DNA of 64,000 nucleotides from an uncultured virus (IMG/VR IMGVR_UViG_3300044630_001076) (IMGVR_UViG_3300044630_001076); one strand, 5' to 3'; positions 27,729 to 38,359 are shown, counted from the stretch's first letter. Program-made: numbers and translations. The notes: generated by a model from the letters alone, not told the origin.

Positions 27729-28954
27729 GATAAAAAATGTTTTTTAAAATAAGTTAAAGTGTAATCTTTCTTTTCTTGCACGGTTTCGTAAATCTTTTCC
27801 TCAATACCGCCCTTGGCAAATATCCAATAGACATCATTAAACTTCCTGTCAATCGTTGTCATCCTATCTCTTGACTGCCAATAAGATACAGCCGAGAAGT
27901 CAATGTTAAAATAAACCAACACATCTGCATTGCGGAGGCTGATGCCTTCTCTACCACTAACAATTTGGAGGGCTATGTTCTTATCGGTTGAATTAAAAAC
28001 CTCAAGATTATCAGTCAACTTATCCTCATAGACATCCTTAAGCAAATCCCATTCAGATTTAAACTTATAAAAGATACCAATCTTTTTATCCCTGAATTTG
28101 TGAAAAATAAAATGAGCCTTTGAGTCATCAAGTATTTGTCTTTTACCTGACTCCAAGATTACCGTACCACTATACATTTGATGTAACTTGTTCATAAGCT
28201 TTGCTCCTGTGTCAGCCAATATTACATCATCTTTACCTTGTATGACTAAATCTTTCTTTAGTCTATCACATAGTGCATATGTAGATGCTCTCATTGGAAT
28301 CTTATAAACAATTTCGTTTATCTTGGACTCAAATCCTGCAGCCTCCTGTGTGTAGGTAATCATCAATGGATTAACCTTGGCAGTAATCTTTTCCTTCAAA
28401 GCACCTGAGTAGTCATTGACTTTCATTGCACCGATGTACTTAATCTTTATCTTGACATAGTCATTAGCCCACCTGTAAAAGTTTATGTGTTCTTTGAACG
28501 GATTGTTAGGATGCACGTAAAGTTGGTGGTATATCTGACTATGCGACTCAGGGGTAGGTGTGCCTGATAAGAATATAACTTTTGACTTATACTTCTTCAC
28601 CAAGTCTTTAACTTGTTTAGCACGCTTGCTAGGTTTAGGAAATGCCCCTAGGGTATGAGCTTCATCGCATATAATAACATCAAAGTTTGATCCTTCAAGT
28701 TTATGTAACGACTCATAGTTTATACACATAAGTTTAAACTTTGCACCTAAATCTTTATGATCCTTTTGTATGCCAGGTACAACCTTTAGTTTAGTAATAA
28801 ACAAAACATCTTTACATTTTAACTCATCGCATATAGCCAATGATGTTAGGGTCTTGCCTGTCCTAACCTCCATAGCAAGATATAGCAAGCCATGTTGACT
28901 AATAATGCCAAGCCCTTCTTTTACTATTTTTTTCTGATAATTTCTTAGTTCCAT
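27725..28954 (-). CDS. Superfamily 2 (SNF2/DEAD-like) helicase
   Basis: LRNYQ, RTGKT, DEAH, SGTP and SGREGISL motifs; start at MELRNYQ. Confidence 0.85.
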   Translation of the reverse strand: MELRNYQKKIVKEGLGIISQHGLLYLAMEVRTGKTLTSLAICDELKCKDVLFITKLKVVPGIQKDHKDLGAKFKLMCINYESLHKLEGSNFDVIICDEAHTLGAFPKPSKRAKQVKDLVKKYKSKVIFLSGTPTPESHSQIYHQLYVHPNNPFKEHINFYRWANDYVKIKIKYIGAMKVNDYSGALKEKITAKVNPLMITYTQEAAGFESKINEIVYKIPMRASTYALCDRLKKDLVIQGKDDVILADTGAKLMNKLHQMYSGTVILESGKRQILDDSKAHFIFHKFRDKKIGIFYKFKSEWDLLKDVYEDKLTDNLEVFNSTDKNIALQIVSGREGISLRNADVLVYFNIDFSAVSYWQSRDRMTTIDRKFNDVYWIFAKGGIEEKIYETVQEKKDYTLTYFKKHFLS

Positions 28955-28955
28955 A

Positions 28956-29810
28956 TTATAGTCCACAGAACCCTGAGTCGCATTCGTTAAAGTCTGACTC
29001 AAATAGTTCTACTTGTTTAAATGATTCCTTTATCTTATTGTAAGATGTACCTTTAATAAACCTTGCGGTGTCTGTCTCTTGATTAGCAAACCAATTAAAC
29101 TTATCAGGTTGCATATCAGACATCAACTTAAGCAGAGCCGGGTTACGATGAAAGCATCCAACACAATTATTCATGTATGCAAATCGAACAGGCTTATCTT
29201 TCCAAAACTCATGTACCTGCTCACGCAAGATGTTATTCTCAATCAAAGGAAACCTAGGGATCCGGTAATCAATCGAGTGCCACTTGTGTCGGCCACGCTC
29301 GTTGGTAGATTTGATTACTCGGAACTGCTCAATACCATCCTTGCATCTTTTAATCATATTGTTTGCTCTGCGTGTCTCATTAGCACGGAAGCCAATACGC
29401 ATCTCGACAGGCATATTAGTATTTGCACGACACCATTCAAATATCGGATTAACCTTCATGTGAACTGTGCAAAATCTTTGCATAACATTAGGAAGATATT
29501 TATAATACTCCCCATTGTCTTTTCTATTCTTATTGACAATCGAATCGAAGGTAGGACCAGTAATCCAGGTAATCTCTTTGCCTAAGTACTGCTCCAAGTC
29601 CATCATGGTGTACACGATAGCATCTTCTTCCAATGTACCAATAAATTCTTCGCCAATTTTATCACTAACAAACTTACGAACATTATCATCCTTGAATTTG
29701 CAAGTCGGATCAGATGTCCTAACTAACGAGAATAACTCAAAGTCAGCAGGGTAATGAGCAGCCATGTAGGAAGAGGTCTTGCCCCCAGATAAACTATTTA
29801 CTGTCTGCAT
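28956..29810 (-). CDS. PAPS-reductase-like (PP-loop, Cys-cluster) protein
   Basis: SLSGGKTS, RFCT..MK, IGFRANE, NCVGCF and CDSGFCGL motifs. Confidence 0.75.
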   Translation of the reverse strand: MQTVNSLSGGKTSSYMAAHYPADFELFSLVRTSDPTCKFKDDNVRKFVSDKIGEEFIGTLEEDAIVYTMMDLEQYLGKEITWITGPTFDSIVNKNRKDNGEYYKYLPNVMQRFCTVHMKVNPIFEWCRANTNMPVEMRIGFRANETRRANNMIKRCKDGIEQFRVIKSTNERGRHKWHSIDYRIPRFPLIENNILREQVHEFWKDKPVRFAYMNNCVGCFHRNPALLKLMSDMQPDKFNWFANQETDTARFIKGTSYNKIKESFKQVELFESDFNECDSGFCGL

Positions 29811-30426
29811 TGAATTCTGTTAAGTAACTATAATCTGTCTCGTAACTTGATTTGTTTTCTATCGAATAAACTGTCATGTCTATCTGATACCCTGGGTTCT
29901 TATCTATTCTATTGTATGTCCAAGCATTGTCCATCCAAATAATCCTATTGTTAGGATATATAAAATAGTTTCCGTTTTCCATCTTAAATACGTGACCACA
30001 TTTGTGTTCAGGTGTCTCAGAGAAGTTGGTGTCTAGCATACTTTTATTTTCAAATGCCCAATCCAAAGTGAAAAGATATGTGCCTCTTCTCTTGACCCCT
30101 GATATGGATATTAGGTCAGCTCTTAACCCTGACATCCTAGCTCTCACTTGGACATCTACATATGAACTGAAGCAGTCCCAATAGATATACTCAGTCAGCG
30201 GTAACTCTTCTGCATCTTTCTTCCAACAGAAAGCATTGATGGGTCTTCGTGTCCAATTAACTCCGTTCTCAAGGAATGCTTCGAATAGTGGGATTCTCTT
30301 CTCTATTGATGCAACTGAATGCACATCGCATAGGGTGAAGTCTCCATGACCTTTTGTGTGATTAAACAAAAACTCATTTCTAATAAAGCAAGTTAATGTG
30401 GGTATGTTATGATTTAGGTAAGGCAT
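29794..30426 (-). CDS. Conserved phage hypothetical protein
   Basis: MPYLNHNIP...WDCFS...YLFTLDW...EHKCGH...PNNRI. Confidence 0.7.
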   Translation of the reverse strand: MPYLNHNIPTLTCFIRNEFLFNHTKGHGDFTLCDVHSVASIEKRIPLFEAFLENGVNWTRRPINAFCWKKDAEELPLTEYIYWDCFSSYVDVQVRARMSGLRADLISISGVKRRGTYLFTLDWAFENKSMLDTNFSETPEHKCGHVFKMENGNYFIYPNNRIIWMDNAWTYNRIDKNPGYQIDMTVYSIENKSSYETDYSYLTEFNADSK

Positions 30427-30679
30427 CTAGATATCTGTTAATAGCGTTAATTAATTGATTGTAGTCTATGGCATATGCAGTCTTAATTTGAAAGTGTCTG
30501 CGTTGGTGCATCCATAGTTCAGGCATATCAAAAAATTGGATAACCAAGTAATGATACGATCCTGCCGACCTAAGAACCATTATGTTCTTAGAGTTATTCA
30601 CGTTAATAAATGGAAGGTCATTGTCTTTCAAATACTTCCGTATCTTATTTATAAAAGAGTTTGTTATTTTATTTGCCAT
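30407..30679 (-). CDS. Hypothetical protein
   Basis: 90-aa ORF directly downstream of the primase. Confidence 0.55.
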   Translation of the reverse strand: MANKITNSFINKIRKYLKDNDLPFINVNNSKNIMVLRSAGSYHYLVIQFFDMPELWMHQRRHFQIKTAYAIDYNQLINAINRYLDALPKS

Positions 30680-30680
30680 T

Positions 30681-33053
30681 TTATAAAAGTTCTAATTGTT
30701 CTTTGTAATGAATTAACATCCACTTCCCAGCTGCATCACGCCCCTCCTCAGGGTTATTTTTTGTCTTATGCAGAGCATACGTGCGTAGCCATGAGTTGAA
30801 TCTTTGCTTGGAAAGCATTCTAAACATCCCATTGTTGTCAATGATAAACTTGTCGAACGCCTTGTCAGGTCTGAACTTCTCATTGAACGGCACAACCGAT
30901 GCACCAAACTCAGCGATCCACTCAACAAACTCAGCGTTGGTCTCTGCCCTGAACTTACGCTCCTTAAGGTTGACAAACTCACAACGAACCAATCCCGTAG
31001 TCAGGTATGTCTGAAGCAACTTCATCATGTAGTTATCGAACGCACACCAATCATCAGCACCCCAATCGTTGAATAGCAATCGGCCGAACTCATCCTGTGG
31101 CGTGAAGTCCTTCGTATAGAACTGCTTAAACTCCATCTCCCATTTACGTCTCTCGAATGAGTTACCCTTACCCTGAATAGCGTAGTTAGTTGTGATAACA
31201 ACTTTAGGTGACTTATGGAATGGAATCTTAATAGCATCCTTGTTCTTACGCTCGATCGTGATACCCTCAGTAATCACCGAGAACAATCGCTCGAAGTCAA
31301 AGTTCTTCTTCACATCATCGAACACTAGCACCTGGGTGTCAGTAGTCACCAACTGATAGGCGAAAGACTTATCGAAGGAGAATGACTTACCATCAATGGT
31401 CACAAGCTTCTTCATCCGGCTAACACCATTCATGAACAAGCCCTTACCTGTACCACCCTCAGGGTTTTCAGATATCACCTCGTCATTAATAATAACAGCT
31501 GGGCAGTATCCCCCATTCTTAAATGCGTGCAACATAAAGCCAATGGTTGACTCGATTGATGCGATGCGTTTGTCATCGTTGCCACCGATGTTGCGAATGA
31601 ACTGCTTGTAGTCACACTCATCTGATGGGCAGAAGATAAAGTCACGTTGGATAACTTGGTCAGCCCAAATGTATCCACCAAGATCCTCATAGTTTAATAG
31701 CACCGTTGCATCTTTGGTCACCTTGACTACGCCATTTCGATAGTACAGGTACGCCTCATCCTTAGTGTCCTCGACAAAGTAAATGTTCACCGAGTCAAGC
31801 ATCGATAGGAAGTCCTCACGGAAGAACCGAGTCTTGTCAGCAAAGAAATTGTACACGCTCAGATCCTGAAAGTTTGTAAGGATATGGTTAAGCACGAAGT
31901 CTTTAATGTCATCCTCAGTACACATCTCAATCAGGTTCTGATTGATACGCACAAAGATGAATCCCTTGTTACCCTCAGGCACATACTTACGATAGCCATG
32001 CTCTTCCAAGAATCTCTTCAGGTCATAGTGCACCAATGTCACCACACCCTTATCGCTCTTGGTCCAGAATATATTCTTGCTCTCCTCCTCTTCAATCTTA
32101 GTTAAGACTGAGTCAATTGTTCCATCCTCAAACCCGGAGGCTTTAAGTTGAGAACGGACATCCTTTTTTGGCACACCACGATTTAACTGCACCTTCACCT
32201 CGTTAACTCTTTGGGTGTCCTCGAAGTACTTGGTTGCGTGTTGGTCCCTAAGCTTGTATGCTGACTCGACAATTGACTTGACCTCTGACTGAGGGAAGTC
32301 CTCAGACACAAATCCTGCAAAGCGAAACATCGCCTCAGACTTACTTACTCCGTACTGATTGAACGCAGATGCCAAGATGAAAAGATTGTTGTTTCTTGAG
32401 CCACTAACGAAGCCATACTTATTCTCCCACCACTTAGCAAGGCGTGAGATAATCTCATCCTCGTCATCGATAGGTATAGTAGGCCGTTGGTCTTTAGTAA
32501 CGTGATCAATCTCGCCCTCATCTATCTGATTCCAAATGTGAGAATTAGTATTGACAAAGATTGTCGGGTCATAAGACTCGTAGCATACCCGAGAGATATT
32601 CTTAGATGTCTTATCAAACTCAGGGCAATTGTAATACAACTCAAGGGCATTAAAATATGCCTTGTGCTTATCTGGATTCTCAGGTATCTTAACCAATACC
32701 TTCAGGCCATTACCTGATGGAGAAACAAATACCGAGAATGTATATTGGTCAGCCGACAATACTTCCTTCTTAGCCAACATCTCTGCGTGGCTAGGGAAAT
32801 TATCGAAGTCTAAACAAATTAGTCCACTATGCTTAAGCAATGAACCATCATCACGCTTAGAGAAGGTACCGGAGAAGCATATAGCAGGTAAGTCCTGCTT
32901 AAACTTATTGCGAGTATCCTTATCTTTTTCTAACCTGATCTTGCGTACCAGGTCTTTCGACTTACCATCCTTGATGCGAACAAGTATATCAAGTACATCC
33001 TTGTGGAATGGAACCGAAGTCTCTTTTATGTTGCGAAAGATTGTAACTTCCAT
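30681..33053 (-). CDS. Primase-helicase (BT4734/VirE-like N-domain, PriCT, D5/SF3-like helicase)
   Basis: SGLICLDFD, SPSGNGLKV, GSRNNNLF, GGTGKG (Walker A), FDDV and ITTN motifs. Confidence 0.85.
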   Translation of the reverse strand: MEVTIFRNIKETSVPFHKDVLDILVRIKDGKSKDLVRKIRLEKDKDTRNKFKQDLPAICFSGTFSKRDDGSLLKHSGLICLDFDNFPSHAEMLAKKEVLSADQYTFSVFVSPSGNGLKVLVKIPENPDKHKAYFNALELYYNCPEFDKTSKNISRVCYESYDPTIFVNTNSHIWNQIDEGEIDHVTKDQRPTIPIDDEDEIISRLAKWWENKYGFVSGSRNNNLFILASAFNQYGVSKSEAMFRFAGFVSEDFPQSEVKSIVESAYKLRDQHATKYFEDTQRVNEVKVQLNRGVPKKDVRSQLKASGFEDGTIDSVLTKIEEEESKNIFWTKSDKGVVTLVHYDLKRFLEEHGYRKYVPEGNKGFIFVRINQNLIEMCTEDDIKDFVLNHILTNFQDLSVYNFFADKTRFFREDFLSMLDSVNIYFVEDTKDEAYLYYRNGVVKVTKDATVLLNYEDLGGYIWADQVIQRDFIFCPSDECDYKQFIRNIGGNDDKRIASIESTIGFMLHAFKNGGYCPAVIINDEVISENPEGGTGKGLFMNGVSRMKKLVTIDGKSFSFDKSFAYQLVTTDTQVLVFDDVKKNFDFERLFSVITEGITIERKNKDAIKIPFHKSPKVVITTNYAIQGKGNSFERRKWEMEFKQFYTKDFTPQDEFGRLLFNDWGADDWCAFDNYMMKLLQTYLTTGLVRCEFVNLKERKFRAETNAEFVEWIAEFGASVVPFNEKFRPDKAFDKFIIDNNGMFRMLSKQRFNSWLRTYALHKTKNNPEEGRDAAGKWMLIHYKEQLELL

Positions 33054-33085
33054 TGTACTTTTTTAAGATTGATTGGATTATTTAT

Positions 33086-33286
33086 AAAGTTGTACATTTT
33101 AGTGTACAAAAAATGTACAAAATATTTTAAAGTTTACATGGATAACTAATTGATTATTAGTTATTTATATTCTTTAGTGTACAAAATGTACAAAATAAGA
33201 GTAATAATTACAAAAAATAAAAAATACACAAGAGTAATAATTTATATATGTAAGTAAGTGGCTCCTATTTTGTACATCTTTACATG
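33086..33286. repeat. TGTACA-box / IHF-like element, copy 1 (origin-like)
   Basis: TGTACA at 33091, 33103, 33114, 33178, 33187 and 33271; central palindrome 33142-33164. Confidence 0.7.
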
Positions 33287-33287
33287 A

Positions 33288-33602
33288 TTAGAATGGAAGC
33301 TCGTCCCCTTCTTCAATCACAGGTGCTTGAACTGGAGGAGGCGTAGGTGCTGATTGCTTAAGTGCAGTCGATCCACCATCAGAAGTCCAAGCAATCTTAC
33401 CATTACCTAAGTAGTTCTTCTTCTCCTTAGACTCACGCTCTTCCTTAGACTGAGACTCATAGATACCTACTTGGTTGCCATACTGATCGACCTCATCGTT
33501 AACCGAGATAGTAATGTTAAGGTAGTTACCCTTTGCTCCTTTAACTAACTTGTCCTTGGAGATTTTTGATACATCAATAGATGCTGAAATTAATTGTGCC
33601 AT
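33288..33602 (-). CDS. Single-stranded DNA-binding-like protein
   Basis: ASIDVSKI...YLGNGK with acidic DELPF C-terminal tail; start MAQLIS at 33602. Confidence 0.7.
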   Translation of the reverse strand: MAQLISASIDVSKISKDKLVKGAKGNYLNITISVNDEVDQYGNQVGIYESQSKEERESKEKKNYLGNGKIAWTSDGGSTALKQSAPTPPPVQAPVIEEGDELPF

Positions 33603-33615
33603 AATTGTTTTTTGT

Positions 33616-34347
33616 TTATAAAATTTGAGTTGTAAAAAACTGAGTGATGTCATCGGTAGCATTTGCTCCGAAGAACTTTTGATAGACCTCGATAGCCTTG
33701 TATACTTTCTCCCTGCCACGATCTATGAACTCATCGCTGCATTCAAATAGACCTGTCCGACAGGTTTCTTTTTCCACAACGATGAATACCATAGGCTTAC
33801 CGAACAATTGATTGTATATATATGCTTGACTGTCATAATTATATTTTCGAGCTGAAAAGCGAAAATCATCTATGTTCCCAGACGTTTTGAGATCAATGAG
33901 TAATTCGCTACCGACTATGTCTGACTTGCCTTTCCATTGCACGCCACCAATCTCACCAATAGCCGGTACCTCGTACTCGTTACCTGAATCACGAATCATA
34001 TCGTAGAAGGTGAAGTTTCCAAGCAAAGCCTTGACCATACGATCAATGTCATCTGCTTCCTTCTGAAGCAATAACATATCCACACCATGGGATGCAATAG
34101 CCTCCTTGTAGATGTTAGTCGTACGTGTAGATGCTTCGACCTTGGGAAAGTTTACCACCTTCTCAGGCTCAAGAATTGATGCGTGGAAATAAGACCCGGC
34201 CAACATAGCCGGAGTCTTTTCTTTGTCCTTACCAAACTGCATCGGGTTGTATAACAATGCCCCGATGTCAGAGTTAGATAAGTAGTTCTTGCCAACACCC
34301 GAGTAATACTCGGTGTCATTGCGTAGGGTTTCTAAAATTTTATTCAT
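33616..34347 (-). CDS. PD-(D/E)XK exonuclease (RecE/ExoVIII-like, DUF3799)
   Basis: YLSNSDI, GSYFH..ILEP, KGKSD, IDLKT and YDSQAYIY motifs. Confidence 0.8.
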   Translation of the reverse strand: MNKILETLRNDTEYYSGVGKNYLSNSDIGALLYNPMQFGKDKEKTPAMLAGSYFHASILEPEKVVNFPKVEASTRTTNIYKEAIASHGVDMLLLQKEADDIDRMVKALLGNFTFYDMIRDSGNEYEVPAIGEIGGVQWKGKSDIVGSELLIDLKTSGNIDDFRFSARKYNYDSQAYIYNQLFGKPMVFIVVEKETCRTGLFECSDEFIDRGREKVYKAIEVYQKFFGANATDDITQFFTTQIL

Positions 34348-34681
34348 AACTATTAAGTTTTTTTAAGTCGGTTTTAAAAGAATTTATGGCAGTAATCCAA
34401 ACTGATTTAATTAATTTTTCTTGAAACTCCATCCAAGCATTAATCTTTTTATCAGAATCTTCTAAATCATCAATTGCGTAATTAAGTTTAAATAACCAAC
34501 CATCCCACTTTTTAATACCACCTGTAATTACCATCATTGGATTTTTATATGAATAGAAATCGGTATAGTATTCAAAAACAATTTCAATGTCTTCATAACC
34601 AGGTGTATCTTTTATCATTTGCTTAATTAAATCTAACTTCCAATTAACAAATGGGTTCAAAGTAGACTCATCGTATATCAT
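34340..34681 (-). CDS. Hypothetical protein
   Basis: 113-aa AT-rich ORF between Sak and the exonuclease. Confidence 0.55.
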   Translation of the reverse strand: MIYDESTLNPFVNWKLDLIKQMIKDTPGYEDIEIVFEYYTDFYSYKNPMMVITGGIKKWDGWLFKLNYAIDDLEDSDKKINAWMEFQEKLIKSVWITAINSFKTDLKKLNSYE

Positions 34682-35280
34682 TTGCGAAGTTTATTAATTG
34701 CTTTCTTTGTGGCATCCGAGATGTCATACTTAACTGATAACTTTTTAATCACCTCATCGGTGCTCATGCCCATATTGTCGATGACAAAGTTGGACACCTT
34801 CTCCCAATTCGCATCGCCCTCTACCAATGCTACCTTAGATGTAGCCTTAGGCTGAGTCTTGACAGCTTGCATACTTGAATCTGACTCCGATGGGAAGTCC
34901 TCCTTGGCATAGATGTTTAACGCCAGGCCATGCAACGCCAATGCCTTCACCGTAGATCGTTGGATAGTCTTGTTGACCTGCATCGATGTGATGTTAGCCA
35001 ATGGCACGGACTGATTACGCATATCCATTACCGGTAGGTAGTCAATGTGTTCCTGACCTTGGATAGTTACACCCACTTTGACCCAAGCAGTTGATCCATC
35101 CGTGAAGTAATTCATGTAGGTGTCTGACTCGTAAACTGTACGAGACATATCAGGGAATAACTTCTTGCATTCTGCCCAAGCATGAGCCCAAGATAGGTAA
35201 GTTAGGTTACCTCTCTTTTCCGTTTTAGATGAGAGGTTGAGCGAGCTGAGTTGCTCGAATACTGATTTTTCTTTTGACAT
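34678..35280 (-). CDS. Sak-like single-strand annealing protein (DUF1071, Rad52-like)
   Basis: LTYLSWAHAW, LPVMD.RN and NKTIQR..VKALALHGL.L.IYA.ED motifs; TATCTTTG -7 motif at 35305-35312 (minus). Confidence 0.85.
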   Translation of the reverse strand: MSKEKSVFEQLSSLNLSSKTEKRGNLTYLSWAHAWAECKKLFPDMSRTVYESDTYMNYFTDGSTAWVKVGVTIQGQEHIDYLPVMDMRNQSVPLANITSMQVNKTIQRSTVKALALHGLALNIYAKEDFPSESDSSMQAVKTQPKATSKVALVEGDANWEKVSNFVIDNMGMSTDEVIKKLSVKYDISDATKKAINKLRK

Positions 35281-35345
35281 AATTGAATTGGATTAAATGT
35301 TCGACAAAGATAAAATTAAATTTGATATACGCAATAAACTTCTTT

Positions 35346-35660
35346 TTAATGTTCAGCACTTTCTTTATATAGTGCAAAACCAAGTAATAAATAGTTGTAT
35401 AGATCAGCCCATCGGCTATCTAAAGGCTCTGCCTGAACTAAGTTTGGATTCTTAATATGTGCCTGAATGCTTGACAATTGCTTATCAAAAAATATAGACC
35501 ACACCTGCATAGGTGACACGCCAGCACGCTTGGCTGATTGCTTAAAGTTGTTAAGCACATCCACATTCTCAAGCGTGTACTCAGGTTGTTTAGTCAATCT
35601 AATTTCTTCCGCATCTCGAAATAAATCTATAATGGTATTATGGAATTCTTCTTGTGTCAT
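35346..35660 (-). CDS. Nucleotide-modification-associated alpha-helical protein (Nmad1/DUF1599-like)
   Basis: K..EY...D.L.NF...K......DL.NY.LL pattern. Confidence 0.55.
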   Translation of the reverse strand: MTQEEFHNTIIDLFRDAEEIRLTKQPEYTLENVDVLNNFKQSAKRAGVSPMQVWSIFFDKQLSSIQAHIKNPNLVQAEPLDSRWADLYNYLLLGFALYKESAEH

Positions 35661-36103
35661 CTTCTTTTCTTTTTTGAATAGTTATAATAATAAACATATA
35701 AATTGTAAAACCCATTCTCGTTTCTGCGTAGGATTAACTTGTCCTTGCACGCATCACATTGGTAGCTAACCGACTCGGTATTGCCTGACCTTCTGAATAT
35801 CTTATCAGCTTGCTCATCATCGTTCTTATGCCCACACTTGGGACAATTCAAACGATGCTCCAGGAATCCTGACCTGACACGATCCTCGCCATAATCTGCA
35901 CAAGATTTGCCCACCTTGTAAACTTTGATAAATCCTTTGGCCATTTTACGGAAGGATATCTTTCGTTCACATCCTTTGCAATTACCTGTGGCTCTCTCTT
36001 GCTCATCCTCAACCCGATCAAAAAGGTTAATGGCATAATCAAGTTCTGACTCATGCCCACAATGTGGGCAGTCTAATGTATTCTCTCTAATCGTGTATCC
36101 CAT
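35657..36103 (-). CDS. Double zinc-ribbon protein
   Basis: Two CPxCGH...CxxC units. Confidence 0.65.
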   Translation of the reverse strand: MGYTIRENTLDCPHCGHESELDYAINLFDRVEDEQERATGNCKGCERKISFRKMAKGFIKVYKVGKSCADYGEDRVRSGFLEHRLNCPKCGHKNDDEQADKIFRRSGNTESVSYQCDACKDKLILRRNENGFYNLYVYYYNYSKKKRR

Positions 36104-36314
36104 ACAATATTTTATTTTTATCGTATATATTTCTTACTTCTTTGTACAATGCTTCAGTACCTTCGTCAAAACCTTGCTTATATTTTTCGGCCATTTGCTC
36201 TTGCTCCATTGCTTTAGCCTGCTCAAATACTCTATAGTTATGAGTAAAATCTTCTTGGCTATGTGGTGCATGAATAAGATTACTATCTAACCAATCTACT
36301 GTTGTCTGTTTCAT
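36087..36314 (-). CDS. Hypothetical protein (T.V.WL...QAK.ME.EQ family)
   Basis: Motif common in Bacteroidetes phage small genes. Confidence 0.6.
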   Translation of the reverse strand: MKQTTVDWLDSNLIHAPHSQEDFTHNYRVFEQAKAMEQEQMAEKYKQGFDEGTEALYKEVRNIYDKNKILYGIHD

Positions 36315-36546
36315 TTTATGTAATTTTTATATTCTGGATATCTTCTATGTATGTAATGCTTAGTGTCCTTAGACTTCTTGTCAGGCTTCATGTAGCACCC
36401 ACGGTCGCATGACAACAAGCCAAATGCGACAAATAAAATAATTATGCTAATTCTCATGTTTTGGAATTACAAAGATGGCAGCCACCATTACTAATGGCAT
36501 TATAAATACAACAGCAACGATTGCTGAGGCAGTAAAAACTAATACA

Positions 36547-36777
36547 TTAGTAACCGTGGCGAGAAAGCTCTGCTTCATAAGATTTTTTAGTTTTAGTGTA
36601 AACTCTGATTCCTAAATGGTCAACATAAGATGAATCAAACGACTCATCCCAATTCTGATCCTGCAATGGCAGGTTCACATTCACGATTTTTAGTGAGGGT
36701 TTTGTCGAGCCTGGCCTCGAGCCAATCACGATTAATAATACCCCCAAGCTTGTTATAGTTAGCAACATTCTTTTCAT
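36547..36777 (-). CDS. Small membrane-anchored protein
   Basis: N-terminal hydrophobic helix; overlaps the upstream gene. Confidence 0.4.
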   Translation of the reverse strand: MKRMLLTITSLGVLLIVIGSRPGSTKPSLKIVNVNLPLQDQNWDESFDSSYVDHLGIRVYTKTKKSYEAELSRHGY

Positions 36778-37021
36778 TTGATTTGAATTTTTTTATTCCA
36801 TACAATACCGATGCGTGATCTATAGGATAACCATAGCGTTCGCAATACCTTTGAATCTCGCACACCTTTATACCTGCATCCTTGCACAGGTAATAAAAGT
36901 GATGCCGAGCATTTACAACTGGAAATACCTTAGTGTTTCTAAACATATCCAATTTCTTTATACGATGCCGATAGATAATCTTCTTAGCTATCTCATCAAT
37001 CAATTCTACATTTGTTATCAT
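36644..37021 (-). CDS. DnaA C-terminal-like HTH protein
   Basis: VNARHHFYYLC...DHASVLYGIKK resembles DnaA domain IV. Confidence 0.7.
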   Translation of the reverse strand: MITNVELIDEIAKKIIYRHRIKKLDMFRNTKVFPVVNARHHFYYLCKDAGIKVCEIQRYCERYGYPIDHASVLYGIKKFKSNEKNVANYNKLGGIINRDWLEARLDKTLTKNRECEPAIAGSELG

Positions 37022-37307
37022 CTACAAAAAATTATTATTAGTAAAACAAAAACTACCCATGTCATTACGGTGAATACACCGCCAGCTTGCTTCTCGCTCA
37101 TACCTTATATATGTAATGAGCCAACCAAAAAATAACAATACTAAATACAAGCCATAACCCGATGGCCAATAAAATTCTATTTCTTTCTTCCATTGTAAAT
37201 TATAAATAAGATTAAAATTGTTGCAGATAAAAAAAGTAATGCTTGCCACACGAACGAATTAATCGCACAGGTGATGGTCGAAGCCATGCCCACATAGGAC
37301 AATAAGA

Positions 37308-37553
37308 TTAGTCTATACATAAGTAGTTGCTCATAAGGTCATCAAAATCTTTTACCAATCTTGCAGGATCATTCTCGTAAGCGGTGAATAGCCAAGTGGC
37401 ATTCTCATATGCTTGCAAGATATATTTCTTGCTCACCGGATCTCGGTCAAAATTAAATTGCAGATGACTCCAGTTGCTCAATGGCAGTATAAGTCTTCCC
37501 TTCTTTCTGCCCGAAAGTATTAATTCGCGAAAAGGTTCTAGGGCTTGTCTCAT
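37308..37553 (-). CDS. Hypothetical protein
   Basis: 81-aa ORF. Confidence 0.5.
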   Translation of the reverse strand: MRQALEPFRELILSGRKKGRLILPLSNWSHLQFNFDRDPVSKKYILQAYENATWLFTAYENDPARLVKDFDDLMSNYLCID

Positions 37554-37854
37554 ATAATTTTTGTTTAGCGATTGATAATTGAAATTCTAAATTCTCGTGC
37601 CATTGCTTTGGGGCATAGGCTATGTTAAACTCTACTTGATTTGCGAACTCATTCTCGAATTCACGAAAGTTTAAATGATCCTCGGCATACATACAAAGCT
37701 TACGATAACTGTAGGAATCTTTGTCCGAGTAATCCACACAAAAGTCTGAGATTGCCTCCAATATGTCGGAGGTATTGTAACTCTTTATTGTGCCGTTAGC
37801 GATTTGGTTAAGCACATAATTACGGCAGTCGATTAGAAATTCTTGTTTTTTCAT
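37453..37854 (-). CDS. Hypothetical protein
   Basis: 133-aa ORF. Confidence 0.55.
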   Translation of the reverse strand: MKKQEFLIDCRNYVLNQIANGTIKSYNTSDILEAISDFCVDYSDKDSYSYRKLCMYAEDHLNFREFENEFANQVEFNIAYAPKQWHENLEFQLSIAKQKLYETSPRTFSRINTFGQKEGKTYTAIEQLESSAI

Positions 37855-37893
37855 TTGGTAAGGGGGTTAAATTTCGGTTGAAAGTTAGTAGAA

Positions 37894-38097
37894 TTAATTG
37901 GCATTAGCAATCTTTTTCCATTCAATGAATTCCAATATGCATCCGTACAAATCTTTATTACCATCATCGAATATCGAATCAGTAAATGAATCGTATAAAA
38001 CTGACGTATCCTCGAACGCCCAGTCATACTCAAGTTCCTTGTCAATCAAGCCTGCATCTAATACAAGTCTGCTGAATAAATAAAAGTTGTAGTCCAT
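37894..38097 (-). CDS. Hypothetical acidic early protein
   Basis: 67-aa ORF. Confidence 0.55.
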   Translation of the reverse strand: MDYNFYLFSRLVLDAGLIDKELEYDWAFEDTSVLYDSFTDSIFDDGNKDLYGCILEFIEWKKIANAN

Positions 38098-38101
38098 ATG
38101 A

Positions 38102-38359
38102 TTATTTGTTTACCTCATCTAAAATATTAAACACACTTGCCTCGATATTCTCATTGATTTGCTGAAAGATATACTCATCATCAAGCACTTCATTCATAAT
38201 AGAAACTTTGTCTTCACCCGATAAAGAGTAATTAGTATTATGCAATTCATTGTAAGTATCAATTGCTGATTGCACATCCTGTACACTCCATAAGCATTGT
38301 ACGGCATAGCCTCGCTGGCCTAACTCATAAATTAATTCGTGATCTTGTAAATTTTTCAT
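38102..38359 (-). CDS. Hypothetical early protein
   Basis: 85 aa, ELGQRGY...WSVQDVQ. Confidence 0.6.
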   Translation of the reverse strand: MKNLQDHELIYELGQRGYAVQCLWSVQDVQSAIDTYNELHNTNYSLSGEDKVSIMNEVLDDEYIFQQINENIEASVFNILDEVNK

